DNA of 64,000 nucleotides from Ancylonema sp. (lineage: Eukaryota), in contig JBFLGF010000029.1 in assembly GCA_050230475.1 (NCBI GenBank), forward strand, positions 1 to 64,000, given 5' to 3'. Position numbers and translations under genes: made by a program. This document shows positions 25,688-39,693 of the stretch, one piece after another; within the stretch, counting starts at the first letter, position 1, and each line of letters starts with the position of its first letter. The notes beneath the pieces are model-generated. The model was given only the letters and a program-made list of their open reading frames with translations. It made no database searches and was not told where the DNA came from.

Positions 25688-28600
25688 GATGTCATGCCGC
25701 TAGAGATTGCCGCTAGAGATCGTTCGATAAGAATCAATTCTTTTGTGACGAGTTTCTCAAAATATAGCGAGTTCCAATACTTTGTCGATTTTAGCCGCTA
25801 AACTGAACTTGTTGTTATAAGTGGTCAATTGTAGCTCGGATGAATTAACTAGTTTTTTTTTTCGTGTTCAGTATATCGAAGAAAGTCGGTGTACCAATTT
25901 TCAGAAGTTAACGAGTAGTCTAGCCTCGAGTGGTCTAGCCTATCGGTGTTTTCGACGAGTTAGAAGATTCTCAGTGCGCGCCGAGCTGATTTCAGTCAGT
26001 CAGCCTGACTACTGAGCTGTCACACGTGTGAAATCTAGAACTCCAGAATAGACAGTCGAGATTACCTGTCTAGTCGATTTTTTTTTTCAGCCTTAGATCA
26101 AGATAAGATCTAGAAAATTCCGCGTGCAAAAAGACGCGTCGATTGTTTAAGAGCAAAGTTTGTGCTCACAACTTCCAGCTTCCGCTGTAAGTTTACGCTG
26201 TCTTGTATTCTGAATCGTCTACTATCGTTGTCAAGTGTGCCCCATCGCCTTTGACATTCGCTGTACCGTTTTGTGCAAACTCAGCCAGACAATTCACCCT
26301 TTGACATGTCTGCACCCGTTACTGAATTCGTGAATCGTTCATTCACCTATCGTGATCGTGATCCCATCACCAGTAGCTGTCGCGTGTTGTGAGGTGTTGT
26401 GATTAGCGATTCTTGATTAACCCGAGTGTTGTTTCCTGAGACCTCCCAATACTTTGCGTTGAGTGCATCTCAGCTTTCGGCGAGTAGTAGCTACGGCAAA
26501 CTTCGTTGATAAGTCACATACCGTGCTTGAATTATATTCTTGTGTGGTCAGTAGGGACTCAACCTACACCAATCTACTCTAAACTTACTAGCAGAGGAGC
26601 TTCTCTTCATCGAGGTCTTCAAGCTTGAAAGGTCATTTTTTTTTTTTCCCCTTCCCGTTTCATCCGATTTGTTTTGTTGACTAGCTGACCATCTCAGTAG
26701 CCGTGTGTATATTCATTTGAAAGTCCTGGTAATATGACATCTTGTGCATCTGAATAATTTTCTGGTACCGGTTCGTACCCTCGTTGTTCGATCCACACCG
26801 AATTTCGGTAAACGGATAAGTGATCATCAAATCGTTCGATCCACACCCTAAGTGGTAAACGGATATTTTTCTTCGGTTCAGCAACTTTTTTTTTTAAATC
26901 CACACCGTGCCTCGGGAAATGGATGTTTCATTTCTGTTGTGAAAGAGAAAGGAGGAGCTGAACAGCTCCAATTCCATTTCCAAACTCTCACAAAAGGCAC
27001 CCTTGGGAAATTATCGATTGAGCTGCAGACTTATTTGTTTGCTCTGAAATTTTGTGAGAAGCTGTAATCTAACGTTGACTAACAGCTCAACAAAACAAAA
27101 AAAAAACAAAGCAACCACGGCGTTGCTAAAAATATTGGTGTGCAGCAATGTATTCACCATTTACTGGATCCAGGTTTTTCACCACAAAAAAACATTTTTC
27201 CGAGACGATTTTCACCCTGATTCCATCGTCTTCATCACCGTTGCAGCACCGTTTGCTGTGATATCGACAGTACCCTTTACTGTCATCCCGGAACATATTT
27301 GTTTGACACCCCCGCAGACGACATGTCTCAACAGAAAGTACCCTTGTACTCTGGAGAGGTCGGTGATAAACAAGAGGAATTTATCAATGCATTGTGGTCA
27401 TACTACAAATACAAAATTTCAAACGAACGGAACGGACATGTTCAGTGGGACACAATCGAGTATGCAGGTCAATTCACAAAAGGTATAGCTCACGATATCT
27501 GGAAAAAGTTTCCTTATAGCCACTCGTGACACCCATCGTGAGAAGAATTCTGAGATGTATTATTGGCGGACACAAGGCAGATTCCTAACCACCGCTATGG
27601 TCAGACCGACACCTCCAACCGAAGCAGAACCTGACAAGCTCACCACCTTTCCGCACGTCCTCACCATCTTGTCTTCCTCAACCAACTTCCACAATTTGCA
27701 TGCTTCACCTGGAGACGAAGTGTGGTACAACCACTCTGTCTGAGTTTCTATCAGGACCTTCATCACTACTCTCCACATGCATCTCTTTACCCTTGTTGCC
27801 TTTGGACTCACGAGTTTTGCAAGTCCCGGAAAAAGACACAACAATTGGGACAATTCACCGAGTCAACATGCTACATGGTCTCTCCATCACACCATCCTGC
27901 ATGCCTTATCGTGAGTTACAGTCTGGTACCATCACTCACCCCGAGATACTACCATCGACTTCCTCACCCCGAAATGCTTCCGTCAACCTGAACTACACGC
28001 ACGCGTCACCACCAATTGGACAGTACATGAGTGGGCACCATTACCCACGTTTATCAAAAACCCCGGAAAAGAGTCAACAGAAGGGCTTTGCCAAACCTTT
28101 GAGAAAGTCCCCAAAAAAAAAAAAAAAGTCGCAACGCACGGGCACAACCATCGGGTAGACATCGCATTCGGTGTACCATCACTTATTGCATCTATCTCAC
28201 AAACAGTTTGTGGCTTCCCTGTTACTCGACACCATTTCGAGTCAGGAGTTCTTCATCACCCTTCATCACGTGGTGGTATCACTCCATCTTCACCCATGAT
28301 CCCTATCCGTACCACATGTGACCTCTCACCATTCCGCGAGAGAATTCAGCATGTAACCAAAGTGTCGCCATCATCTGTCTAAGTAACCCAGCCTCCGACG
28401 CAGAGCTTTCGTAGTTGGGGGGGGGGAGTGAGACGAGATGATAACTCCAAAGCCAATCAAGACGCTGCAAACTCCATGAAAGCAGCCAAGTCATCAACTA
28501 CTTCCGTCAACATCATCGGCGAAGTAACCCAGCCTCCGACGCAGAGCTTTCGTAAGGGGGGGGGGGGGTGAACCATCATCGGCGAAGAAAACCATAAAAA

Positions 28601-29285
28601 GTCATGTTTTCCAGATTTTACAAAAATCTGTCGATTTTCGAGTTTTTGTGATATTCCGTCGACAAGTTGTGTGCCGAATTCATCTGGCACGTCAGATGTC
28701 ATGCCGCTAGAGATATTTCGATAAGAATCAATTCTTTTGTGACGAGTTTCTCAAAATATAGCGAGTTCCAATACTTTGTCGATTTTAGCCGCTAAATTGA
28801 ACTTGTTGTTATAAATCATTATGCAACCCTTGTAGAAATTCTATAGCTATTTGCCCTGAATCCCATCACTAGTAGTTGTCGCGTGTTGTGAAGTGCTCTG
28901 ATTAGCGATTCTTGATTAACCCTAGTATTGTTTCCTCAGACCTTCCACTACTTTGCGTTAAGTGCATCTCAGCTTTCGGCGAGTAGTAGCTACGGCAAAC
29001 TTCGTTGATAAGTCACATACCGTGCTTGAATTACAGTCTTGTGTGGTCAGTAGGGACTCAACCTACACCACTCTACTCTAAAGTGACACGAGATGATAAC
29101 TCCAAAGCCAATCAAGACGCTGCAAACTCCATGAACGCAGCCAAGTCATTAACTACTATCCGTCAACATCATCGGCGAAGAAAACCATAAAAAGTCATGT
29201 TTTCCAGATTTTACAAAAATCTGTCGATTTTCGAGTTTGTGATATTCCGTCGACAAGTTGTGTGCCGACTCCATCTAGCACGTCA
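25688..29285 (+). mobile_element. Non-autonomous retroelement with split direct repeats A1(25688-26583)-internal-B1(28429-28694)-A2(28695-29082)-B2(29084-29285) and a gag-like remnant
   Basis: The direct repeats are visible by alignment. Gag-like peptide VPLYSGE..EEFINAL..IEYAGQFTKGIAHDIW at 27299-27529. G-tract at 28417-28426. CACCGAT at both outer boundaries. Confidence 0.7.
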
Positions 29286-32200
29286 CCGATATGACGTTGG
29301 ATAACGCTCATCTCCACGGGCAATTTACACTCAAATTCTTACATAAGAAACTCAAAAATGTGGGGTGACGGGAAAATGTTAGGGAAAATGTTGGGGAAAC
29401 TCAAAAAATATCTATAACTTTCTTATAGTGAATATTTACTTTTCTCTGTATAATAAACTTTTTATGCGACACCTCGCAAAGATGTTTCTTATAACGAGGG
29501 TTGGACACGTGAAACCATGGCGTCAAATCTTTAGCGTGCGAGATTATTTATTGTACGTGTGCACGTGCGAAACATAAAGTTTTCATGAAAATATTTCACT
29601 CACGTTCTACGCGTGAGCTATTGATTACAGGCGGTTGCGAGAAATTGGTTCGATGTACCGATTACAAATCAACAATACAAACATCGCCATTGCATGTATG
29701 CATATGCGATGTCAACGTACGAAGAATCAGCGACGATTCAAGTTCGTCTTGATATTGCAGAAATACTCAATTCGTGCTAGTTTCCATCTCGTGATTGTAA
29801 GTCTCGATCAAATCGCCTAACTTTGACGCGTAAAGGACCACGATATTTACAACGTGAAGGTAAGAGTGACTATAAATTTAAGATCATAAGTGTCAACATT
29901 CTCGTCAATCGTTGCGTATTATGTGAACCATAATTGTTTCGTTTAGTGAAGGGAATTTTCTCTCTCGTATTCTGGAATTCATACCAAGCGACCACCCCCA
30001 AACATCCGCAAAATACGACCAACGAGGGCAATATAGGGCCCACATTTCTTTGCTTATAAATAATAATAATAAAAAACACGCCTATGACCACATCGCACTA
30101 ACAAAAATTGTCGGTGAGAAGTGACGTGCCGCCATTGCGGATACTCTGATTAGACATTGGACAAGATATTTTGGCATACTACGATTTTTTACGATTTTTG
30201 GAGTCGCCTGGTAAACTGGGAGTCGAGTCTCTTCGAAAGAAATCTTGCATGTCCATCAACCCCTCTCCCCAAAAGTCTCGAACGGGTGGGAGGGTGAATG
30301 GCAAGTGTAATTAATTTAATCAATGCCATCAATTTCCTTGCACGACCGTTCACTTAACAACGCTGCTTTCCCCTCCAAGTTGTGATGACCGAAATTCTTA
30401 TATTTCATAATTTATCCACGTAGACTAGAAAATAAGTGCCGATGTTTGTAGAAAATGCGGCGATAGATTACGTGATGAAGTGACTACGCAATCAGCTATG
30501 AATCCAATCGTTTTCACTTCGACTTTATTTTGTTTCAATATTAAAACACCAATTGATGAAATGTTTCTACGGGTATCATACGCTCTGATAGGTGTTGGAA
30601 AAAAAAAAAAAAAAACTTTACCAAAATGATGTAGGAGATGGAACATGCATGATATAGTGAATGTGGTTGCAAATGGGCTCTTTCAAACGTGGTGACTTCC
30701 GTTTTGTCTCCTCAATTTATGCTTGAAAAAAAATTATCCGTTGAAACGATAAGTTTTTAGGGGCGCCATTGTGTTCAAAATTGGCAAAGGACTCAAAAAA
30801 ACATGTCTACCTTAGAAATTTAGCAATTTAGCAAGTACAAACCCTAATTTGGGTTTTTAAGTTAATAACCCCCCAGTGAGCAATGTAGGGCCTAATTTTT
30901 CATCCCTACATTCAACAACATAATAAGAAGATGATGAATCTCTAGGCACGTACTCTCGGCCTTCTCAGTCGGCTTGTTGAGGTATACTCTCGGTCGATTT
31001 CGTTGAGTATTAGAGATAATGAAGGCATGTCACCAAGACATGATCGCCGATCACAATTACCACTTTCTAGTTTGCTTGTCGATAGAAATGTCGTATACAA
31101 TGTTTTTAAAAATTTGAAGCTTGTATTTCATTGATGTAAGTACGCCAAAAGTTGCTTACTACGTTTTCATTTCGTCTTTTCGCGGTTCAATAGGATATGA
31201 TGAATATATGAATGTATATAAATGAATATATGAATGTATATATGAATGTCACCATATATATAGCCAATCAAAAGTCATCTCAAGTATCTTACCCAACTCT
31301 CCATAAACCTAACAACTATGTGGTGGAACGTTGGTGATTCACGAAACTAAAAGTACCGCGTTTCCTAAGGGGCCGTTGACACTGACTCATAAAAATGAGG
31401 CTAATCTCTGTAGAAGGCGCCTTGAGCTTGCGCCAATGCTCTTCAAGAACACCCCGCTACACTCCGACTTGGTCAACGCAACCACTAAACAAAAAAATCT
31501 TGATCTTCAAGTCACACTTGAAGTTACGTTTTTTGGAATCTATCCCTCATCTCCTCCCTTCGTGCGCATTTGTATCGCCATTTTTTGTTTTCTAAACCGG
31601 GCATGTTACGTGTGCGTGTAGAATCAACAAAGATTTACTTACTCTATCGGCTTGGATTTCCAAAAGTTCATTGGAGTGAGTTTAAATGAGCATTGTGGTC
31701 GACGTGGTGGCCGGGGGATCCAGGTTTGTTGAGAGCAAGACGACAAATGGAGGAGAGTATTCTATTTCCGAAGGCCACGAGTGCATTTGATAGAGCAGCA
31801 CAAACCCATGGTTGGAGAATCTAACCATGAATGTTCAACACATTGAGGTAGTATAAAAATCAATTGGGCACAGAATAGTCAACGACCTTGAGGGCAATCA
31901 CACTACACATTTAAAGTGAGGGTTGTTGTTTCAACGAGCATGGTTGTTTGAGAGATATCTCCCTCCAAATAATTTGCATTGCTTTCTTTAACTTCTTACC
32001 TATCAACACGTGTCCACTATTTTATTTAAAGTGAGGACAAATTGCAAAATGCCCCTGATTTTTTAAGGCTCTCCACCTTCTTGTCCGCATCCTACAAAGT
32101 TTTAAAATGTAGATAATCGATAACCTTCTTCTTTATGCCTATTCTTAAAGTATCATCTCATTGGTGTAGACAACTTCATGCTACAATCGATGCATGTGAA

Positions 32201-34161
32201 TGCGTTTCGGTACTTTATGCCACGTATCATGTGTTCTTCTTCAAATAACGTTGAATTTGAATTACGCCATTTATGATATAATTTTTGTAGGAAGATCTTA
32301 AGTGGTGCCATGAACAATCTTATAAATTATGGCTTCCAACGTCTAGATTCCGACAATAGAGCGTGCGACAATAGCACTTGCAATACATGAATGGCGTAGT
32401 CTCCATATTTTTGTATTTCAATGGATTTAGTGGTTGGATTTTATGGTTGTGCCCCCGCACTCTTATGCACACCCCATGAAACTCGTTAGATGGTCTCAAG
32501 CTCAAATGCTTCTAGAACATTAATTACATCAACACCGGCGAGATTTTTCGTGGTCCACCAGTTCCAACTTCTTTAGTGTCTAACTTAATATTCGCTTTCA
32601 TTATGTATGTATGAATAACTAGGGAATTATAGATAAGGTATCAAGGATTCAAATGAATTATATGAGTCATATGGTGACCCGAGTAAAAAAATATACCATT
32701 ACTTTTTGTGGTGACCCACCAACTTACCCGGGAAAAATATATTTGTTATCCCGTGACCCATAATCCGTGACCCGTGACCCGTGACCCATGATATGATCCG
32801 GGTATAAAATATTCGTAATACCGTGACCCGGCAAGAAAAATGACCCACCCCAAACCAACACGTATTTTGAATTGCACCAATACCGTATAAATTATGGTTC
32901 TACATACCATTAGGGGGTAACTTACGGCCATCACATTTTTTCTGGTTTTCCCGGGTTTTTATTTCACTACACTGTTCACCATATTTTTATTTCACTTTGA
33001 ACTAAACAATCCGTTCACTTTCCTTCATCTCAAATTTATTCGCCGTTCATGTGTACTTTACACTAAACATTCCGTTCACTGTCGTTCAAAAGCCTTATCT
33101 CGGTGCGGTGCGTTTTCGGATCTACATTGCGTTCCTCCAGACAGTAGCAGTCTGTGAGACCTGAACACATTCTCTTGGTTGTGGTTGTATTGTCATAGTT
33201 AGTCGCAGATCGTCATGAAAAGAGGTCCATTATAAAACTATATATTGAAAGATCCCGAACCGACAAAGGCGAATGCTTTGAAGTAGTAAGTGATTGTGTG
33301 GAGACATCCGCATGCTTCGGTTTTTCGATTTTCCCACACTTTTCGGGATCTTGGAAGGTTAATTGTGATTTCAGAAAGCACGAAACCTTATGTTGTTTAT
33401 CATGTTGGCTTGTGCATGCTGCAAAAGTATAAGAAAAATGTACACCTTTATTATTCCCCGACATATCCATTTGCCCCCCTAAAATTGGCAAAATGGAAAC
33501 CAATGACGATCGATTAGGCCGCTAACTGACCACGATTGAATCTTGGGCGACCGGTATGTATTTTAACCGGACATATGTATTTGAATTCTGAATGTGGATT
33601 CTTTATTATTATCCCGTTGTTTTATCGAGTTTTGTTGACCATCTAAGATGTGAAGCATACCGTTCATTATAATAAATCTCCAGAGTTTTTTTTTTTTGGC
33701 GGGAGCGTCCAGGTCCGAGATTGGTCTGCGTAATTCCTAGTTGGTTCGGGGCCAACCGTGGTGTATTCTTTCCTTGCTATTGGGTTTTGGTATGTTTCTA
33801 AACAATTTTTAGTGCTCTTCTTTACCATTTTCTGAATAATCGAGAGAAAATCTTTCTAGGGTTTACAACAATTTACAAGGCACGGTAAGGTTCATCGTCC
33901 TGTTCAGAGATAATGAAACACATATACCAAAAGGGTGGTGAAAGGATGGGTTCTACCATACTGGCCAGAAATAATGCCCCCGGAATAAAAAGGCAGGGTC
34001 ATTCATATGTGGGGCAGCATATATTAGATGAAATTCGGGAATATGGGAAATTTTATATTGGGCGCGCAGATGGGTAAATGTTTCAACCGTTTTTTTTTTT
34101 TTTTTTCTCAAATCCGGGTCATTATCTGTGGCCGGTTCGGTGTATGTGGGTCATCAGATAG

Positions 34162-34826
34162 CATAGTGGGTCCCCGAGCCGCAAAATTTGCGCGCCAGCT
34201 CGGAGCCGGAGCGCACGCGCGCCGGCTCGGAGCCGGGCTCGCAAATCCGCGAGCGGCGCGGGACCCACAAGAAAAAATAAAAAAATAACAATTGGTAGCC
34301 CCGTCCCCCGCCAAGCGGTGGACTATTGTCTTTGCGCAGTAGTGTTTCATTGTACTTTGTATGCCATCATTATCCCGTCCCCGTTCGCAATTTCCCCTTG
34401 TCGTTTACGAGCTGCAATTATGTCATTTAGCATGTTTCCCGTTCATCAGAATTTTCCGTACCATTGTTGTCCTCCCATCAGAAGTAAGTGTGACACTAAT
34501 AGATTTGGTTTGTCGTTTGTGCCACAGAATCTATCAGTTTTAAATTAAATCCCGCATCGGACGGGTGAGCATTGTTCAGTGCCCCGTCCCTCCCCCAGAT
34601 GTCTTCCGATTCCCGGTATGTCAGAATATGGTTACTATGTTCCGGACGTACTGCCCGAAGTACCGGTAACCAGTAACTACCTCCTTTGCAGAGGAGGATT
34701 TGTACTTAGTCGCATTTCGTTTTTGCCAGGCGGGTCGCGGGCGCGCGCTGACTCGCAGCCGGAGCGTGCGCGCGCCAGCTCGGAGCCGGGCTCGCAAATT
34801 CCGCCAGCGGAGCGCGACCCACTATG
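34162..34826. mobile_element. hAT-type MITE (CATAGTGGGT TIR family), copy 2
   Basis: TIR CATAGTGGGTC and perfect 8-bp TSD TCAGATAG. Confidence 0.88.
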
Positions 34827-34844
34827 TCAGATAGTAAATAAAAT

Positions 34845-35083
34845 CATAGTTGCGTCCCGGACGCGAGGATCTCGGACGCGTCCGGGTTGCGTCCGGCCCC
34901 GGACGCGTCCGGAGATCCCCGGACGGTCCGGGACACATCTAAGATGCCAAAAAATAAAAAAGGTTTTCATTCTGAAGTCACTCAAACATGGGGTTTCCAA
35001 AAGTATGGATATCAGATTTTGACTGAGGCGTCCGTGTCCGGGACGCGTCCGGAGATCCTCGGACGGTCCAGGTCGCAACTAGA
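34845..35083. mobile_element. Second copy of the GGACGCGTCC MITE family
   Basis: Co-linear similarity to 45399-45686, left TIR CATAGTTGCGTCCCGGA. No clear TSD. Confidence 0.75.
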
Positions 35084-35460
35084 TGATTCAAAAATGTGAA
35101 ATACTTGCTGAGCGCACGGGTGGGTCAATTGGTGGGTCAACCACAGTAATTATTTATTTTTTCTCAGTCCAGGGTCATTATCTCTAGCCAGTACGGTACG
35201 TGACTGAAACTCATCGACTCGAATATTCTCCGAATGTATTCAAACACCCGCAAATGTGATTCTGTGCACAACATTGAGGGACTCAAAAGGACGTGAAATT
35301 GGACAACAGGAAAATCATGTATACATGCTCGACCTCCACTTCCAAAATCACTCGACTGCCGAACAGATTCCCCAACCTTTCACACACACCTTTCCCCTCC
35401 CTGCTACACTCCGGCACAACAACCAAACACTCCAACTTATACTTTTGCACCTCCTGCCCC

Positions 35461-37484
<2,024 letters not shown>

Positions 37485-37771
37485 GGCTACCTCTCAGGGA
37501 CCGCACGAGGAGGGGCGGGGGAAAAGAGGTTGCTATGGCGAGGAGGAGAGATATAGAGGGAAACTTTACGGGGCGGAAGGAAGCCTTGCCTTAGGTTTTG
37601 GCCTCAGCACCAATCCTCACCGTTGTTGTCGATTCACCGTTGTTTGTCGGTTATCGGAGTAGGTCAATCGCCGAGGGAAACCAAAACCGAAAAAAAAGGA
37701 TCACGGGGGCGGGAATATACGCCTGGGTGGGAAAGCGGGGGGCCGCGGCGGTAGGGCCCCTTACAAGAAAC

Positions 37772-38242
37772 CTTAGTTGGTCCCGCCCCGGGCGAAAAAC
37801 TTTTTGCCCGGAACACCGCTCGGGGCGAAACCGCAAGGGGGGGGGGAATTTGCGGGGCGGGGCCCTAGGCCTAAATACCGAAACAAAAAAAGTGCGACAT
37901 CCATCATCTAATGTCATATTAGATGACTCATCTCGCGTGGCATGGTATAATGGGATGATAATAATAATAATAATAATAAAAACTTGAGATATAGAAAATA
38001 AAATTACCCGGGTAAAGATCGCAACCATACTTGGTGTTATAAAATCTCGAATCTCGAATCTCGGATTTGATTTTTTAAAAGATGTACATGATCTACGTGG
38101 TCTTGGGATCCTTTTGCAAAAAAACAAAAAAAACTTATATGGCCCCGCCCTGAGCGGAATATTTCTCGCCCGGGGCGCCGTTCGGGGTGGGCCCGCCCGT
38201 GGCGGATAGCGGGGCGAGATTTGCGGGGCGGAGCCAACTATG
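37772..38242. mobile_element. hAT-type MITE (CCGCCCC motif) upstream of RPL8; partial inverted relative from 40991
   Basis: TIR C(T/A)TAGTTGG..CCGCCCC with flanks CAAGAAAC/CTAGAAAC. Confidence 0.72.
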
Positions 38243-38256
38243 CTAGAAACAACCTT

Positions 38257-39693
38257 GGGGGGGTAATTTCCCGGCCGGAAAAAGTGAACGGCCCATGTTC
38301 GACGCGCCGCCGCTTCCGATAGAATGCTTGAAATACTCCAAAAAAACAATTAAGATTCTAGATTTTGTGTAGAGCTTCAAAACTCGTTTTTTTATTTTGA
38401 AGTCCGGTGACGGACAGTCGAGATACGGGCGTTTTAGTTGCAAAAAAGTGAACGGGCTAAGCTTGGTCTCAGGATTCCTCGAGATAAGGCTTTCGAACTA
38501 AAGTAAACGAATGAACGAATGAACGGCGGGAAAATTTGAGAAAAAGGAAAGTGAACGGTTTTTTCGGTGTAAAGTGAACGGTACAATGAAAACAAATCCA
38601 AAAAAACCTGGATTAAAAACAAAAAAAAATTCGGGAGCATGTATCCTGAGATCCCGATGCACGACATTACAATTTCCGTTGGGTTTCGGACCCGGACTAG
38701 AACCAATTGCACCCAGACCTCCGGTTCAGAACTCCGGTTGGCGAATTCAGAAAAACGTTTCTTCGATATAACGACAGCTTAAATATATACCGCGCCCAAC
38801 ATTGCCCACCGTGGTTGGCTAGCAATCTGCAAATTTGACGACCGAAATATACTGTGACCAAACTAACATTTGAGAAAGTGAACGGAATTTGAGTGTAAAG
38901 TGAATGGAAAAAAATGAATTGGTCCGGTCTGTGACTACTAGATTCAGCCATCTAAGCAGATCGTCACGACAATCACACACACATGAATCAAGTAATATAG
39001 GATTGAACAAGATCACTTCAACAAAATAAGCACTTGAGGATCGAAAACTTTGATTAACATTATGAGCGCAAAGTTTGCTCCTTTAGCCAGATAGCACAAA
39101 TCGTTGCCGGCGCCGCACAAGTCGATAAGACTAAACCTTTATCTTATCGACACCTCACCAAACGTCGTCGACACGTGGCTAAGAGTGTCAATGACAAAAC
39201 ATATCGTATCAAACTAACAACGCTGATTCGATATAACAAATCGACACTTGCCGAAACAAGAAATATTATCATGAAACATTTCGCTAAATCGACGCTACTC
39301 GAAAAAATCGAAAAGAAAAAATCGAAAAAATCGATAGAACGACAGAACATCGACAATTATCGGCAAACATAGTTCCCAGTTCAAACACGTTCAAAATCGG
39401 AAAATGAACGGGCTCAAAAATCGAGATAAAGGTTCAAAACGAAAAGTGAACGGGCCAAAAAAAACACTTGTAGCCCGAGCTTAAACCTGAACCAAAAGTG
39501 AACAGAATTTTCGCTATATAAGGGTTTTGACCCCTTCCGCTCCTCGGATGACGACCAAAGAGAGTGCGTTTTGAAGGTCTTGAAGTCAGCTACCGTAATA
39601 AATAAAATTCTAATGAGTCTAATAAACAAATATCACGTTACGCTACATTAAGCAGAACTACCCAGAAATTTGGCGGCCGGAAGTTACCCCCCC
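38257..39693. mobile_element. Second copy of the AAAGTGAACGG MITE family, interrupted by a solo LTR; a further fragment lies at ~32912-33101
   Basis: Imperfect TIR GGGGGGGTAA..TCC..GGCCG at both ends and homology to 2851-3680. Confidence 0.78.
38930..39387. mobile_element. Solo LTR nested in the MITE
   Basis: TG..CA ends with flanks CGGTC/CGTTC (5-bp TSD, one mismatch). The empty site GGTCCGTTCAAAATCGG is present in the sister copy near 3378-3394. Confidence 0.75.

Larger units (their letters stand above)
33961..35191. mobile_element. TA-flanked MITE (TGACCC motif) hosting two nested hAT MITEs
   Basis: TIR CTGGC(C/T)AGA(A/G)ATAATG(C/A)CCC with TA on both sides. Related termini occur near 7120-7140, 7330-7350 and 54330-54353. 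Confidence 0.7.

Noticed and set aside
37651..38349. 232-aa minus-strand ORF (and similar ORFs at 53181-53795 and 34579-35022)
   Set aside because: They run across MITE sequence and insertion junctions; chance ORFs.
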